Shown: positions 19,332 through 31,800 of the stretch, in pieces
Numbering within the stretch: the first letter of the stretch is position 1
Layout of the letters: each line of letters starts with the position of its first letter
From: Monosiga brevicollis MX1
Lineage: Eukaryota
DNA: 46,238 bases
NCBI RefSeq assembly: GCF_000002865.3
Contig: NW_001865084.1
Coordinates: 124,001 to 170,238, forward strand
Direction: 5' to 3'
Program-made: the position numbers and the translations under genes
Notes under the pieces: generated by a model
What the model was told of the DNA's origin: nothing
Database searches by the model: none
The model's input: the letters and a program-made list of their open reading frames with translations, nothing else

Positions 19332-20051
19332 GTTGATTGTGAGCCAGAGTCAGCCCAGAAACAAACAAAGACTCCTGTTCGTCGAGAAGACGGGCCTAAG
19401 AAACCAAAGCCCAAAGAGTGAAGGAGAGCAAACCAAACACTTGTCGCCGAAGGAAAGCAAAGCGATCACAGTGCTCAGCGCGCGCGACGGCGGGAACGCC
19501 TGGAAGCCGCAGGAAGACCGCGACACAGCGCCGACAGCGACGACAGCCAGCGAGCCACGTGACGAGAAAAAGCTCCTGTCACGCAAACGTCATTGGCCGC
19601 CTCACGATGCTCCCAAACCAGGCCATGCCCAGAAAGACCCAATGACGGTTGTGCATATGCCCCATCGCCGCTGATATCACCACCGCACCCGGATCATCAG
19701 CCCCGGGACCCACTGCCGCTGCCCTTTGCCCGTCACGTCACACACACACACACACACACACGCACCGTCAATGAGCCAACAAAGTCAGAGATATGTGTCG
19801 ACTCTGGTTCAAACTTGCGTAAATTACAAGGGGCTCAACTGGGGCTTGCAGAGATGCAGCTTGGGGCTGATGCGACCGCGTGTGGCCTGTTGAGCTTGTG
19901 CAGAATGTCAGAGAAACAGAAATATGTGTTGACAACAGTTGTTGTCTCGGAAATCAAACAAGATCGTTTTCACTGCTTTCGATTGTGTGTGTGTGTGGGG
20001 CTTCGTGTGTGTGAGAGAGAGTTCCGCTGCGGCGGGGGCTCCAACAGGCAT

Positions 20052-21490
20052 CTAGTTCCAGGGACGAGGTTGCAAGAGCCTGGATGGAGTGTACACGCGC
20101 AGCAGGTCGGGCACATAGTGCAGCGTCACTGGACGCGACAAGTAGTTGGTGCCATCTAGACTGTAGTTGACAGCATGTGACAAGGGCATGGGTTCGGCCA
20201 CAGCGGTTTCCGCCTCTTCGCCGGAGGATGCCTCGGACGAGACGGGTGCTGGCTCGGCCTCAGGTGCTGGTGGCATTTCCGGTACCAGACGGATAGACTT
20301 CATGGGCGTGGTAGTGACAACGGCAGCATCCTCCTGCCAGGCTCCGCCCTGGAAATGCAACATGAAGTAAGCACGGCGCCAAGCAATGACGACAGGGCAA
20401 GAGTACAGAAGGGAAAATGATATCAAACCTGGCGCATGCGAAACACGCCACGAATCATGTCTAGCAGCGAGGCTTCAGAGCCACTGTACATCAAGGTCAT
20501 GCCTTGCTGGGCTGAAGTGCCTTCTGTTCTCCAAACACAAGCAGAAGTCAGTCACCAACCACAAAGCCCACATGTGAACCAGAAAAGGAGGATTTGGGGT
20601 CGACGAGATGAAGAGGGATGGCTTGGGGTGTGGAGGAAAAAAAAAAGGCATCAAGGAAGTACGAGGGCGGCACCGACCGGGCAAGAGGCGTCGAGAGCCG
20701 CAGCACCAAAAGTCAGAGCAAGTTGCGATGACCGACGAAAAGCGCGTGGTCACCTCCATCTGTGAGCCATCCGCCCTACATGTGCAAACCCAGCCAAACG
20801 CCAAAAGGACCATGAGAAAAAAGCATGACAAGACTGCAAGAACATGCGGGGCTCAAGCTAGTCGCCATCAACTTGGTACTTGCCGCTCGCCGGTCAGCAC
20901 AGCCTGGCAATCGCGCGCTTCGCTGAAATCCCAGATCAAGCCAACCAACGCTGCGACATCGTAGCGAGATTGATTGGGCCAACGGCGGATTTGACCGCGA
21001 CGAGCAGCTTGCCCGAACATTCCCCAGCCCATGTGGCTCTGTTACACACACCGGCACAAGTAAAATTCAACATGACGCATCAGACGAAACCTGGCTCAAG
21101 TAGGGAGAGGAGGGCGTACGAACCAGGATGTAGGACGGCATCTCCGTGTCATCAAAAGCAACTACCATGCCAGGAACCGTGGTAGTACGGCCTTCCACGA
21201 TGCCCAAAGCTGCCTCATGGGCCAGGCTACGTGGCACGAGACCACAAGGCGGCGAAAATTAGGCGGAAAGAAGAAAAAACAAACAAAAAAAAAACAGAAA
21301 AGGCCATGGCAAATAGCACGTCATACATGGTACGATCAGAGGAGTCGGTTGCTGTAAGTTGACGGAAGAGGTTGTTGGAGGTACCGACGGGCACAAGGCC
21401 CACGGGTTTAGTGCTGACAGTAGCGGCATCAGGTCGTTGCTTGAGTCCCGTTACCGCCTAAAGGCCGACCGCGAGCGCAAAAGACTGAGC

Positions 21491-21531
<41 letters not shown>

Positions 21532-22522
21532 CGGGGGAAGCGGAGACCGTCCGGTCGGAGGAGGTGCTCAGGGGAGAAGAGGATGATGTAGTGATGCCGA
21601 CCTCTTGCAGAAAGCCATCACCGCCCACAACCACGACGTCGTCATAGCGTGCCAAATCTATGGGGCCGCATCGGGGTGAAAGCCTGGTGAGTGCAGGCGG
21701 AACCACATTTGTAGACAGCTGTCACCTCGGACCACATTGTAGACGTGGCCCAAAGGTCATCAGATCTACCGTGTGGTGTCAGCACACACATTCATACCTT
21801 GGTTGTAAACGATTGTGCGGACATCCTCCCTACAAAGAGCACCAATCGTTTGCAAGCGCCGGGTGCACATGCGCAAAAGTTGAGATTGAGGCTGAGAGAG
21901 CCGAGCTTGAAGAAGTGAAAGCAGTTGAATGTGGATGCAAAAAGACAGAAGTGCAGGGCGCTGGCTTGAAATCGATACACACGTTTGCTTGATGCGGCGC
22001 ACGTCAAAGTCGACGCCGGCCAGATGAAAGATGGGCGCCACTTCCTTGTCGAAGAAGGTACGGTTCTCGCCGTCGCCGGCTCGTGGATGCAGGACAACCC
22101 ACATACGCCGGGGTTCTTGATTCGGGTCAAGCGACATCTGACCATAGTCCTGAGAAACAGGGACGCATTGAGTGAGTGCAGCGAGCTTTTGCTCTTGTGG
22201 GCTGGTGCGCTCGCGCAAGGCCAGCCGTACCCGTGCTGCTTCACAAAACGTTTCACGATGAAGCATACGGCTGAGGGGTTGCAGGCATGTGCATGAGCAA
22301 AACAAGGCGCTTTTGCAAAGTTGACGCGGGTCAAAAAGCCAATGGCCTGCGGAAGAGCCAAGGGGAAAGGCAAGCGCAGGCGCGAGAGAGGACACATGCA
22401 CAAACGTACTTCCAGCGTGTCATGCCTGCATCGTAGATGAGGTAGCCAACACCCACGGCTGCTGCAATTTTTTTGGGATGATTGCGCACCATGCGCACAA
22501 AGCCACCGAGAGTTGGTGCCAT
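20052..22522 (-). CDS. AGK: Acylglycerol kinase (DAGK-like catalytic domain), multi-exon
   Basis: N-terminal VRNHPKK followed by a hydrophobic helix, FCEAA..YG, VVLHPRAG, FFDKEVAPIFHLAGVD and VVVVGGDGFLQEV match AGK/MuLK. The last exon ends ...LLRVYTPSRLLQPRPWN*. Internal exons were only partly resolved. Confidence 0.85.
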
Positions 22523-22873
22523 CTTTCAGGTGTCCAGGAAACCAGCGCGCTCTTTTTTTTTTTCCAGGTCAGCAGGAGCGATACGAAACCGGTGTCGACG
22601 CAAGTCCAACTCGTTCAACGAGCTCGGTGTCCAGCGTGCAGGCACCCAAGCGGTTGCCCGTGCCCTTGCAACAACCCCCTATCAAATCAACCGGCCAAGC
22701 TACCGTCCACTCTTCAAGACCACCACCACCACCACTGCCACACAATCAACAACGCCGCCCTCTCAACCCGAGAACGACCTCCTAAATCCTGCAAAAGTGC
22801 GCCCAAATGTGCCGTCTGCAAATTTTGCACGTGTGTATGTACGTGGGTGTGTTAACTATTTTGCTTCTGTTTG

Positions 22874-23024
22874 TCTCTCAAACTCTCTCAATGTCTCTTG
22901 TGTCTCTCAAACTCTCTCAAACTCTCTCAAACTCTCTATCAAACCCTTTCAAACTCTCTCAAACTCTCTCTCAAACCCTTTCAAACTCTCTCAAACTCTC
23001 AAACCCTCTCAAACTCTCTCAAAC
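22874..23024 (+). repeat. Degenerate (TCTCTCAAAC)-type tandem repeat
   Basis: About a dozen ctctcaaact/ctctcaaacc/tttcaaact units in tandem. Confidence 0.85.
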
Positions 23025-23283
23025 CCGATGTCAGATGAAACGACTGTGGAACAACTCGCCTCGTCGCCTTTGGGCTCTTGGCTCAAGAGGTGTCAACTGA
23101 GAACAAGGGTGGTGTGAACCAGAGCCACGCGGGGTACATCTAGTTGGCCCGGCAAGTCGACGGTGATCAAACTCATTCCTACCCGATCAATTCCAAATCT
23201 ATCAATTATTAGCATGAAAGTTTCTCTTACTGACATGGTCAGGTCATGATGGTGGGTGTGCCAACACCAACACGTTTGGGGGG

Positions 23284-24426
23284 TTAATAGACCAGAAAGC
23301 CGGCAGCACAGCGAGGCTCGGGCAAATCAACACTGGGGATCCAGGTGGTTTGATCAGGAGAGAGCACGTACGTCCGAGCCGATACGTGCGTGAAATTGGT
23401 ACCACCCAGCAGCCACAGCTGGCCCTGGAACTGAACCATGCCCGCCGAGGCCAGCGCCTGAGGCCATGCTGCGCTGACGGACCAGGTGGTCCCGTTAAAG
23501 TAGGCCATGTCATGACGAACCACAGACCCGCTGACGGCACCACCTCCCAGGTAGATGCGATTGTTGAAGACGGCAGCCGCCACGGCTCGGCGGGGCCATA
23601 TTGTCGAGCGCCCCTGACGCCATGTGGTGCCGTTGAATATGACCACCGAAGTGATGACCGACGTTGTGCTCGATGTCGTGCCAGCCAGCACATGGAGTTC
23701 ATCTTGATACACGACCGCAGCATGGTCACTGCGAGCTAGCGGCATTGCTGGCAATGTAGCCCAAGCACCATTGCGGAGAGCAAAAACATGGGCCCGCGTG
23801 GCACCATCAGAACCACCCGTGAGAACCAACTCGCCTCGGAAAAAGACGCAGGCTGCCTTATGCCGTGGATCGGGCAGCGCTGGGCGGGTGACCCATGACA
23901 GGCCATTAAAGGACTGCACGTCGTTCATGATGCCCCCAAAGCGGCCCCCCGCCACGTACACTTCACCGGCATGTACCGCAACGCAAGCATCGGTACGAGC
24001 ATCCGGCATTGCGGGAGCCGCTTGCCAGCCTTGGCCGTCAAAAATCCGCGTCGAGTTGAGGCGAAAGCTCCCGGTGGTATGTCCTGCCACCGCCATCAAA
24101 TGGTTGCCATGCCCGTAGATGGACGCCCGTCGCATTCGCGAGGCCAGCGTGCTCAAGCGTTCCGCGTTGCTTTGCAGCGTAATCAGCGCCTCCGAGTGCG
24201 GGCCCACCTCCTGGCCGTTGAAGAAAACTCGCGCGGACTGACCGTCGGAGCTATGCGAACTGTTGATGTACAAATTCCCGTCTTTGTCGACATGCATGCC
24301 CGCTTCAATCAGGTTTGCGGCAACGACCTGCTGCGCAGCGAGCAGAGACACAGAAGAAAGAAGAAGCAGCACCACATGACCACCAACCCAAGGGTGGTCA
24401 GCCCCGGGCGAGGTCCCAAAGGGCAT
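23284..24426 (-). CDS. Predicted secreted Kelch-repeat beta-propeller protein, intronless
   Basis: ATG at 24426, hydrophobic signal-like segment HVVLLLLSSVSLLAAQ, then about six Kelch blades with GG pairs, W and P-x-P-R motifs (VYVAGG, LVLTGG, IYLGGG, LWLLGG, PAMPDAR, PALPDPR, DLPEPR). Confidence 0.85.
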   Translation of the reverse strand: MPFGTSPGADHPWVGGHVVLLLLSSVSLLAAQQVVAANLIEAGMHVDKDGNLYINSSHSSDGQSARVFFNGQEVGPHSEALITLQSNAERLSTLASRMRRASIYGHGNHLMAVAGHTTGSFRLNSTRIFDGQGWQAAPAMPDARTDACVAVHAGEVYVAGGRFGGIMNDVQSFNGLSWVTRPALPDPRHKAACVFFRGELVLTGGSDGATRAHVFALRNGAWATLPAMPLARSDHAAVVYQDELHVLAGTTSSTTSVITSVVIFNGTTWRQGRSTIWPRRAVAAAVFNNRIYLGGGAVSGSVVRHDMAYFNGTTWSVSAAWPQALASAGMVQFQGQLWLLGGTNFTHVSARTYVLSPDQTTWIPSVDLPEPRCAAGFLVY

Positions 24427-24928
24427 GATAACCGTGCCCACCCCCAACCCCACCCCCCTCTCCGACTCGCGGCAAGCACTGCCCACAAGAAGAAGCACAC
24501 ACCCGCACACCCCAGCAGAGCAAATGCGCTTTCAGCTTTGACAGCAACATGCTGACAACATAAAGGTCTTGATAAGTCTCATAAATTAGCACTAGTTTCT
24601 CGAATAAAACTACGCAAACTCCTCATGTCTCTGTAATAACTTTATGGCAGGTCGTTTCTTATGCACGTTGTGCTGCTTCGGGTGCTCGGCGCCAAGGGAG
24701 GGGCGAGAGAGGGCAGCGGAGCGGTCAGGGGCGCTGATCAGGTATGTGTGTGCCCGCGTAGAAAGTGATGCCATGGTTTGATGACGAATACAATTCTTTT
24801 ACGGGTGATTTGTCAAGTTGTGAACAAGGAGGGGAACACGACACAGTCGCGAACGAGCCATGAAGAGTCATGGCAGAAGCCCCTGGCACGGGCGGGAAGA
24901 GGCAAAGGGAGGGCAGGCTGTCCATGGG

Positions 24929-25981
24929 CTACAGGTTAATGACTTCCCTTATGGCAAAGTTGTTGAGGATGGTAGTAGCATTGGCAATGCTCTCGGCGGG
25001 TATGTTGAAATCGGGATGATTGAGCAATAGGCCAACGCGGAACCGAGTAGTTCCTGGGCGGAAGGCCAGCTGGTTGGTCAAGTCATCAAACCAGGCCTCA
25101 CCCGTGACACGTCCCACAGCGGTGCGAATTTGAGTTCCGTTGGCGGGAAGAATAATCGGGTAAACGTAGGTATAGCTGCGGTCGTGGAGCATGGCGTAGA
25201 GGCTTTGACCTTGCGCGGCAAGCAGGTCGCGCACCTCTGAAGGCAGGCTCAAAGCCAACGTGGCCAACGAGGAACTCGGCTGGGGAGTCTGCAGCACCGC
25301 ACGGAGCGTTGTGGTTACCACAATCAAGGGCAGTTTGTCTGTGCGCCCTGCGTAGATGCCCAGGTGGATCGTCGAGTTAGAGGCTGCCTGGTACAGCGCG
25401 ACGGCTTCGGCACTCGCATGCACCTGGAGCCAGGTGGCCATGACTGCTTCTATTGTCACTTGGCTCGCCACATTGCGCCGGACAAGGAGACTGGTGATTT
25501 GTCGCTCCTCGGCCCAGCAATCAATCAACACGTAATTGACGACACCACTCATTGGCACCAACGCCTGAAAGCTTCCGCTCAGCTCGAGGGAGGTGGTGCC
25601 CGCACGCACTCGCTCCGGCAGGGGATAAAACTCAGTGCTGAGAACGACCAGAGGCCCACGCACAACTGTAGAAGGTATGGACAGGGCGCCATACGGCTCA
25701 AGAGGGCCCGCTTCAAAGTCCCAAACCTGCCGACTCTTGTTGGCAGCGTCCAACTGTCCCAAAACATTCCATGCTCCGGTCCACACGGCACCACCCGCTC
25801 CACTCGTGAGAACCAGAGACCCCTGATCGCCAACTCCAATAGAAGCGTCACTGGTCTCCCCGGGGCACGCTCCATCAAGCATAGCCACTGCCAGCACCAC
25901 CGCCAGCCATCGCTGCCGCCACCGCCGATGCCGCCGTTCCAGCTGTTGCATCTCATTGAATGTCAGAGTTGAATGCGCCAT
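24929..25981 (-). CDS. Hypothetical secreted or type II membrane protein, 350 aa, intronless
   Basis: ATG-initiated uninterrupted ORF with a basic stretch, then WLAVVLAVAMLDGAC. It has several N-glycosylation sequons and no family I recognise. Confidence 0.6.
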   Translation of the reverse strand: MAHSTLTFNEMQQLERRHRRWRQRWLAVVLAVAMLDGACPGETSDASIGVGDQGSLVLTSGAGGAVWTGAWNVLGQLDAANKSRQVWDFEAGPLEPYGALSIPSTVVRGPLVVLSTEFYPLPERVRAGTTSLELSGSFQALVPMSGVVNYVLIDCWAEERQITSLLVRRNVASQVTIEAVMATWLQVHASAEAVALYQAASNSTIHLGIYAGRTDKLPLIVVTTTLRAVLQTPQPSSSLATLALSLPSEVRDLLAAQGQSLYAMLHDRSYTYVYPIILPANGTQIRTAVGRVTGEAWFDDLTNQLAFRPGTTRFRVGLLLNHPDFNIPAESIANATTILNNFAIREVINL

Positions 25982-26337
25982 TGGTCGTTGAAGTGCGTTG
26001 ACTTTTTGCAGCGAAATTGTGACTTTTTGTTGCTCTCATTAGCTTTTATGAATATGACTTAACACCTCCCTTTAAACATGATGTAGTGTATGTCAGACAT
26101 GTTGTTGATGGCGAAAACTTTACGAGTTCCTGGTGTCATGGATTTTTTGATTGTTTTTTATGGAACGGCAAGGGTGGCGTCGCTGCTCGTGGAATTGATG
26201 CCCGAATCAATAGATTTGAAGCTACAGGCCACATGATGGATGGCATAATCAACACTCAACACTCAACACTCGCCGAATGTCCGGGCAGAGCGGTTCCAAA
26301 TGCACGAAAGAAAGGCGTGCGAGTCACGAGCGCTGGC

Positions 26338-28070
26338 TTAGTTGGACATGTGGGTCTGGCAACCCTCGCATGCGCAGCGTCCGGTCACGTCCAACGCAAA
26401 GAGCGGTTTGAAGATGCCCAGGTCCATCATCTCGGCCCAATTCCAGAGGCGATTGCCAAAGGAAGGATGCGACTTCTTGAAGCTGGTGCCCTCGTCTTGC
26501 CGGCCATTGGGGTCGGCTGAGGTAGGACGTGGGTCCCAACCTGAACCCATACGAGCTGTCCAGTGGCAATGACCCACCACGTTCTTCGAGTTGAGGATCA
26601 CTGAGACCTGGTTGGCGTACAGATGTGAGAGGAACTTGGCGACCGTGGCGTTGTCCACGTCGGAAAAGGCAGGATCCCCGAGATTGGTGGCGGTCGACCA
26701 CTCGCCGATGAAGGTGGGCAAGCCCGCATCGGTGTACTGACTCCAGCGCGAGTCGGTCTCGGTCGCGTTGCAAGAACGTGCCAGCGCCTCATCCATGGTG
26801 AGCGGCCCGTCCCAGTTGTAGTAGTTGTGGTAGTCAATGAGGATGGCCGGCAGGGCCCCACTCGTTTGCTGGGCCTTGACCCAGGCGGCCATGCCGTCTT
26901 GGTTGGGGCTGATAAAGTTGAGGATCAGCTGCACGTCGAGCTTGGCCTCCGAAAACTGCTTGTGGGCAGATGGCGCAGTCGCCATGATGTACTGCTGGAT
27001 CTCTGATTCGAGATTGTTCCAGCTCAGGCCGGGTTCGTTGATCAACTCGAGACCGACGATCGTGTCACTGTAGACCGAGTGCTGCTGGAGCCCGACGATG
27101 AAGGGGACAATGGTCTCGGTGACCATCTCGGCACCATATTCGAGGTACGTCTTGTCCGAGCTTCGTCGGGATTGGTAAAACCCGGAACTGGCGCACGAGG
27201 CCGAATTTGTGGCGGGTGATCCTTGCCAGAAGGACTGTGTGAAAAGGTGTGGCGATGGTTGAATGTAAGGCATGGATGCATCTTGTAACAGCATGGACGG
27301 CAAGTGATGTTCGGAAGGTAGGGGCGGCTGGAGCACTAACCTCATTAGCGTTCGCCACGGACCAACCCGAGTAGGCGGAGCACTTGCTGGCACCTCCAAT
27401 CTGGGCATGGACATCTAAAATCACCTGCACACCGACACGAGTGAGCCGGCACATTGGCAGTGGACTGGCTCCAAACCGTGTGATGCGTGTTCATGATGGT
27501 TGGTGTGGGGGCATGAAAGGCCTGATGCAGTCGCGAGACGTGATCAACGGACCTTGATGCCACGATCCTTGAGCTCAGCCACGACCTCCAAAACGTGATT
27601 GACACCGCCCGTCACAAAGCCCTCAGCACTCAAGCCGTAGTTGTACATGGTGGTGTTGAAATCCGTCAATGGCGTGTCGAAGGTATGAAAGCCCACGGGT
27701 AGCCTCACGTGAGAGATGTTTGCCACAGACAGCATGTCGTACAATTCGACCGGGATATAGGAATTCCTGGTCAATGCGACCAGCACAAGGTAAGTGGATG
27801 GACGGTGTCTTTATGAAGCAGCATTGCACCCGGAATTTTAGACCGAAAATCAAAGACGAACCAGTGGTTTCGAAACGTTTGGATGGCGTAGTCAAGACCA
27901 TCCTCCTTAATCAGCTGGGCGACAAAGTCGGCCTCACATGCAGCTTCAAACTTGTCGTACATCCAGCTTGTCTCCAAGATGAACAAACCACCAAAGTTGA
28001 CGCCGTTGATAAAGGCAGAGGTGGTGGTGGCCAATGACAACAAGGCCACTAGCTTGAACAGAGAGGTCAT
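26338..28070 (-). CDS. Secreted glycoside hydrolase family 5, exo-beta-1,3-glucanase-like, about 4 exons
   Basis: Signal peptide, then GVNFGGLFILE, FRNHW, HVRLPVG, VILDVHA, acid/base motif LELINEP, DYHNYY, nucleophile motif FIGEWS and HWT. Confidence 0.9.
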
Positions 28071-28746
28071 GCTTGCGGTGGAGGTATGTCCAGCTCTTCG
28101 GCTGCTCTGAAAAATGCCAGTCAGCTCTGTGGAGGCTGGTCATCCGTTACAGGGCAGACGAAAAACACGCGAGCAAGCTGAGTAAGTCGATGGATTGCAA
28201 GCAGAGGAGAAGATCGCAAAACACCAATGCTTGATCTAAGAAGTGAGCATTGCTCAAGCCTGCACAGTGATCGGGTCTTCTCTAATCTCATGCAAGCAGA
28301 TGGCACGCCCAGTGCCCAACTGTGCACGCACCCCAAGTTTTTCAAAGATCCCCAAAAGGGTCTAGGTGGTCAAACGAGACGCAGGCACCAGGCCCGACCA
28401 GGTATTCTTGACTGATTATGACAACAAATCGAGTCCGACCGGACGCCTGCCCCAAACCCGCATGCGCAACAGGGAGGTAAAACAGACGTACGCACGCACG
28501 CACGCACGCACGCACACACACAGAGACGAATCGGCACCGCCGGCAACAGCAATGACGTAATCGGTCGCACTGACACTTGGTAATCTACCCGTGAACCAAG
28601 ATAGGAGGGGTGTGTCAACTTTGGTGAATCGTCCTTTAAATTGTAAATTTTGTCTTGTAATTTTACATTTGTTGGATGAAAAATCACAAGCGTGCAAGTG
28701 TGTGTGTAGGAGATTTGTAAGCTTAAACATTAAGGACTTGAAGAGA

Positions 28747-28749
28747 TGT

Positions 28750-28801
<52 letters not shown>

Positions 28802-28839
28802 TTTCGTCTTTCTCTCTCTCTCTCTCGCTCTCTCTCTCT
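28747..28839 (+). repeat. (TG)n then (TC)n microsatellites just upstream of the ATG at 28851
   Basis: Directly visible. Confidence 0.95.
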
Positions 28840-28850
28840 TGAGAGACGTG

Positions 28851-31800
28851 ATGGCACAAACGGCAGCCGGGGCTTCGGCTCCTGCACCTTCTGGCATGAT
28901 GATGGCCCCTGTGCCAGTGACGGAGCTGGCACTGCGTGCTACCCACGGGAATCAGAAATTTCTGGTGCGTTTGTTTCATTCAAAACCTTGCCCGGCTCGT
29001 CCATGCACCCCTCCCGCCTGCCGCTCGCAACAGCAACACGTGGGAAGCCTTTATGTGTGTGTGAGAGATGGAACGTGTTGTGCTCGATGGACGAGCGTCT
29101 GGCAACCAAAAGATGGCAGCGGGGATCGGCTGCTGCATTTGATAATCTAATGGGGAGGGGTCTGGCATTTGCACATGGGCAATGCCAGAAGGGTCTGGGC
29201 TGTCGATCCGATCTCGCCTGCGATGCCATTTGACTGCATTTACGTACTTTTTTTTTTTTTTTCTCATTCACGTTCTTGTCGCCTGCAGTTCACGGCCTCG
29301 GTCTTTGACGACACGGCCAACTTGCCCAATCTGATTGCTACCCAGTACCAACGCAGTTTTAACAAGTACGCGACTGACGTGAATTCGTTTGTTTGTTTGC
29401 TTCTGCTGGGTGTGTTGTTCCGGTTTGGGTTGTGTTTCGAGACACCGCATCGTCTTGCTGATGAGGTTGGCTGCTCTGCTGTGCGACTCAAACGTCGCCC
29501 CCTCGCAGGCCCATCAAAGTCGTTTCGGTCAAGACTGCCGATGGTGCACTAGTGGGCCCAGGCATGCGCGTTCAAGCTTTGTCCAACCTGCAGGAACTGG
29601 TGATCACCACCACCCAGGGCAAAGATGCGCAAAATGCCACGACCGCCACCCCAACTGCGGCAAACTCGGGAGCTGAACCCTCAGCCAAGCGCAAGAAGCG
29701 GGCCAAGGCCAAGGTCAAAGCTCAAAATCAGGGTCAACCTACTCCGGCCGCTACTCCGGCCGCTACTCCAGCCGCTACCCCCGGTCGCCCAACCTCTTCG
29801 GTTGCCCCCGCAGTAAGCACGCCAGCAGCAGCACCCGAACAAGCCCCGAAGCGCCGTGGCCGTCCCAAAAAGAATTCTGCCCCCGCAGATTCCACCACCC
29901 CAGCCCCTGAAACCAGCAGTGCACCTCCAGCTGTTGCAGAGGCCCCTGCTCCCAAGAAGCGTGGGCGTGCCAAGAAGCAAACCGATGCGACCACCCCAGC
30001 CACAGCCACAGCCACCGCCACCGCCACCGCCACCCCGAAAAAAGCCACTACCACCGCCACCCCAAAAAAGGCCGCCTCCAAGGCCTCGGCCAAAACCTCT
30101 GCAGCTGAAAAGGACGCTGCTCCTGAAGCTGAGGCTCCCCCCAAAAAGCGACGTGGCCGCAAGCCCAAGGAAGCAAGCGCTGCCACCAACCCCGCGCCGT
30201 CTCCTGCCCCAGCCCCGCCAGGTCAGACTACTTTCTCACCCCTTTCCCTTGAAGACATCCAGTCAAAAGGTGCTGTGTTGTGCTCATGTGGTTCGTCCAT
30301 CCTCACCAATGTCCGTCCCACCCTCCCAATGACTCGCGATTCTATCATGGTCGTAAAGTACCGGAAGCGCCCAAGAACACGCGCAAGGCTCTGCCGGGTG
30401 AGCCCGCCTGTCTCATCTGCAAGACCTTTTTGCCCAACGTGGACTCGGAGGATCAGTGCCCCAACTGTGGATTTGAGGGTGCAGGTGTTGACGCACGTGA
30501 AAAGCGCTTGCTGGAATCTGCCTCCCAGGGAACATCTCAGCCAACTGTCGTTGCGGTACGCTCGTGAACCTACCACCATGGGTTGTCTTGGTTGTTTGGT
30601 TGTCTTTCTGTCCCTCCTCCGCATTTTGGAGATTGGTTACATGCTGTTTGGTGTTGGTTGTCATGGTGTCCTGAATTGGGGATTGTTGAGCAAGGGCAAG
30701 TCGCTGCTGTTCTTCCGCACTAGAGCGAAGAACCCAAAAAAAAAACAGGCCGTATGCTTGTCTTGGTATCGGCCCGATGTCTGTTGTTTTGTATGTAAAG
30801 GGTGCCCCTTGTTTTTTTTCAATGTTTTTGCATGTTCAGGCCGCCCCTGACTTGACTGGGTGTGCTCGGCGGCTCTCCGCCACGATCTTGAAACAGTTGT
30901 ACTTCTTGCTTCCACCACCCTGGATACCACTGTTCACCATCCCCTTTCCTTTCTTGACCCCGCCACCTCCTGCCCAACGCACATACAATCGTGTTCAAGT
31001 CGTGGCTACCCCTCATCACATCCATGACGGTGCGCGAATGCATGTAGACGCCCACGACCCCTGCGAAGAGCACCGAGAAAGCAAGCCCTAAGCCGGCCAA
31101 GTCGACACAAGCAACACCCAAGCCTACCCCCAAGCCTGGTATGGACCTGGTCGTTCTGAGCCTAAGGCTTTGCTTGTGTGCACAGCAGAGTCTCACTCCT
31201 CCTGTTGTCACTCATGTCAGCCGACTCAGGTGCTCAAGAGGTGAGCACCCCTGCAGCCAAGAAAGTGGCAAGCAAGCAGCCTTCTGATTCTGAGGATAGC
31301 GAGGATAGCGAAGATGACCGCGATGACGAGAAGCGTGATGCCAGCGGTGCTGAAGAAGAGAGCAGCAGCAGCAGCAGCAGCAGCAGCGATGGTAGCAGCG
31401 ATGGCAAGGCCGATGCCGCTGAGCACCAAGAAGTTGTTAGCGCAACGCCAGAGGTCACCAAGAGCTCGTCCATGCCACCGGCCAATGGCAAGGTCGCCTC
31501 ACCTACCGCCAAGACAACTCCAAGCAATGACAGTGAAAGCGATAGTGAAGAGGATGGGAAGGATTCCACCTCCTCCGAGGACAGCGAGGAGAGTGCTGAT
31601 GACGACGCTGCGGATAAGGTGTCGACCAGCAAGACCGAAGTGTCGGCTTCAAACAACAAGGAGGCCAGCCCCCCAGCCACCCGCAAATCTACTCGCGCCG
31701 CTACAGCTGCCGCTACAGCTCAAAAAGCAACCACGCGGCGAGCGGCTCAAAAAGAAAAGGCCTCTCAGGAGTCAAGTGACTCGGAGGATGATTCGGAAGA

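Noticed and set aside
19790..19830. GGTTCAAAC, resembling a tRNA T-loop or B-box
   Set aside because: No cloverleaf stems or A-box could be built around it.
21492..21530. Long poly-A runs (also about 18485-18514) as retro-insertion tails
   Set aside because: They lie in minus-strand introns as poly-T tracts, and no target-site duplications are visible.
30221..30850. Hydrophobic Cys-rich C-terminus of ORF 29552-30850 as a membrane domain
   Set aside because: It is read-through of a GT donor at 30221. The next exon is in another frame and encodes the zinc ribbon.
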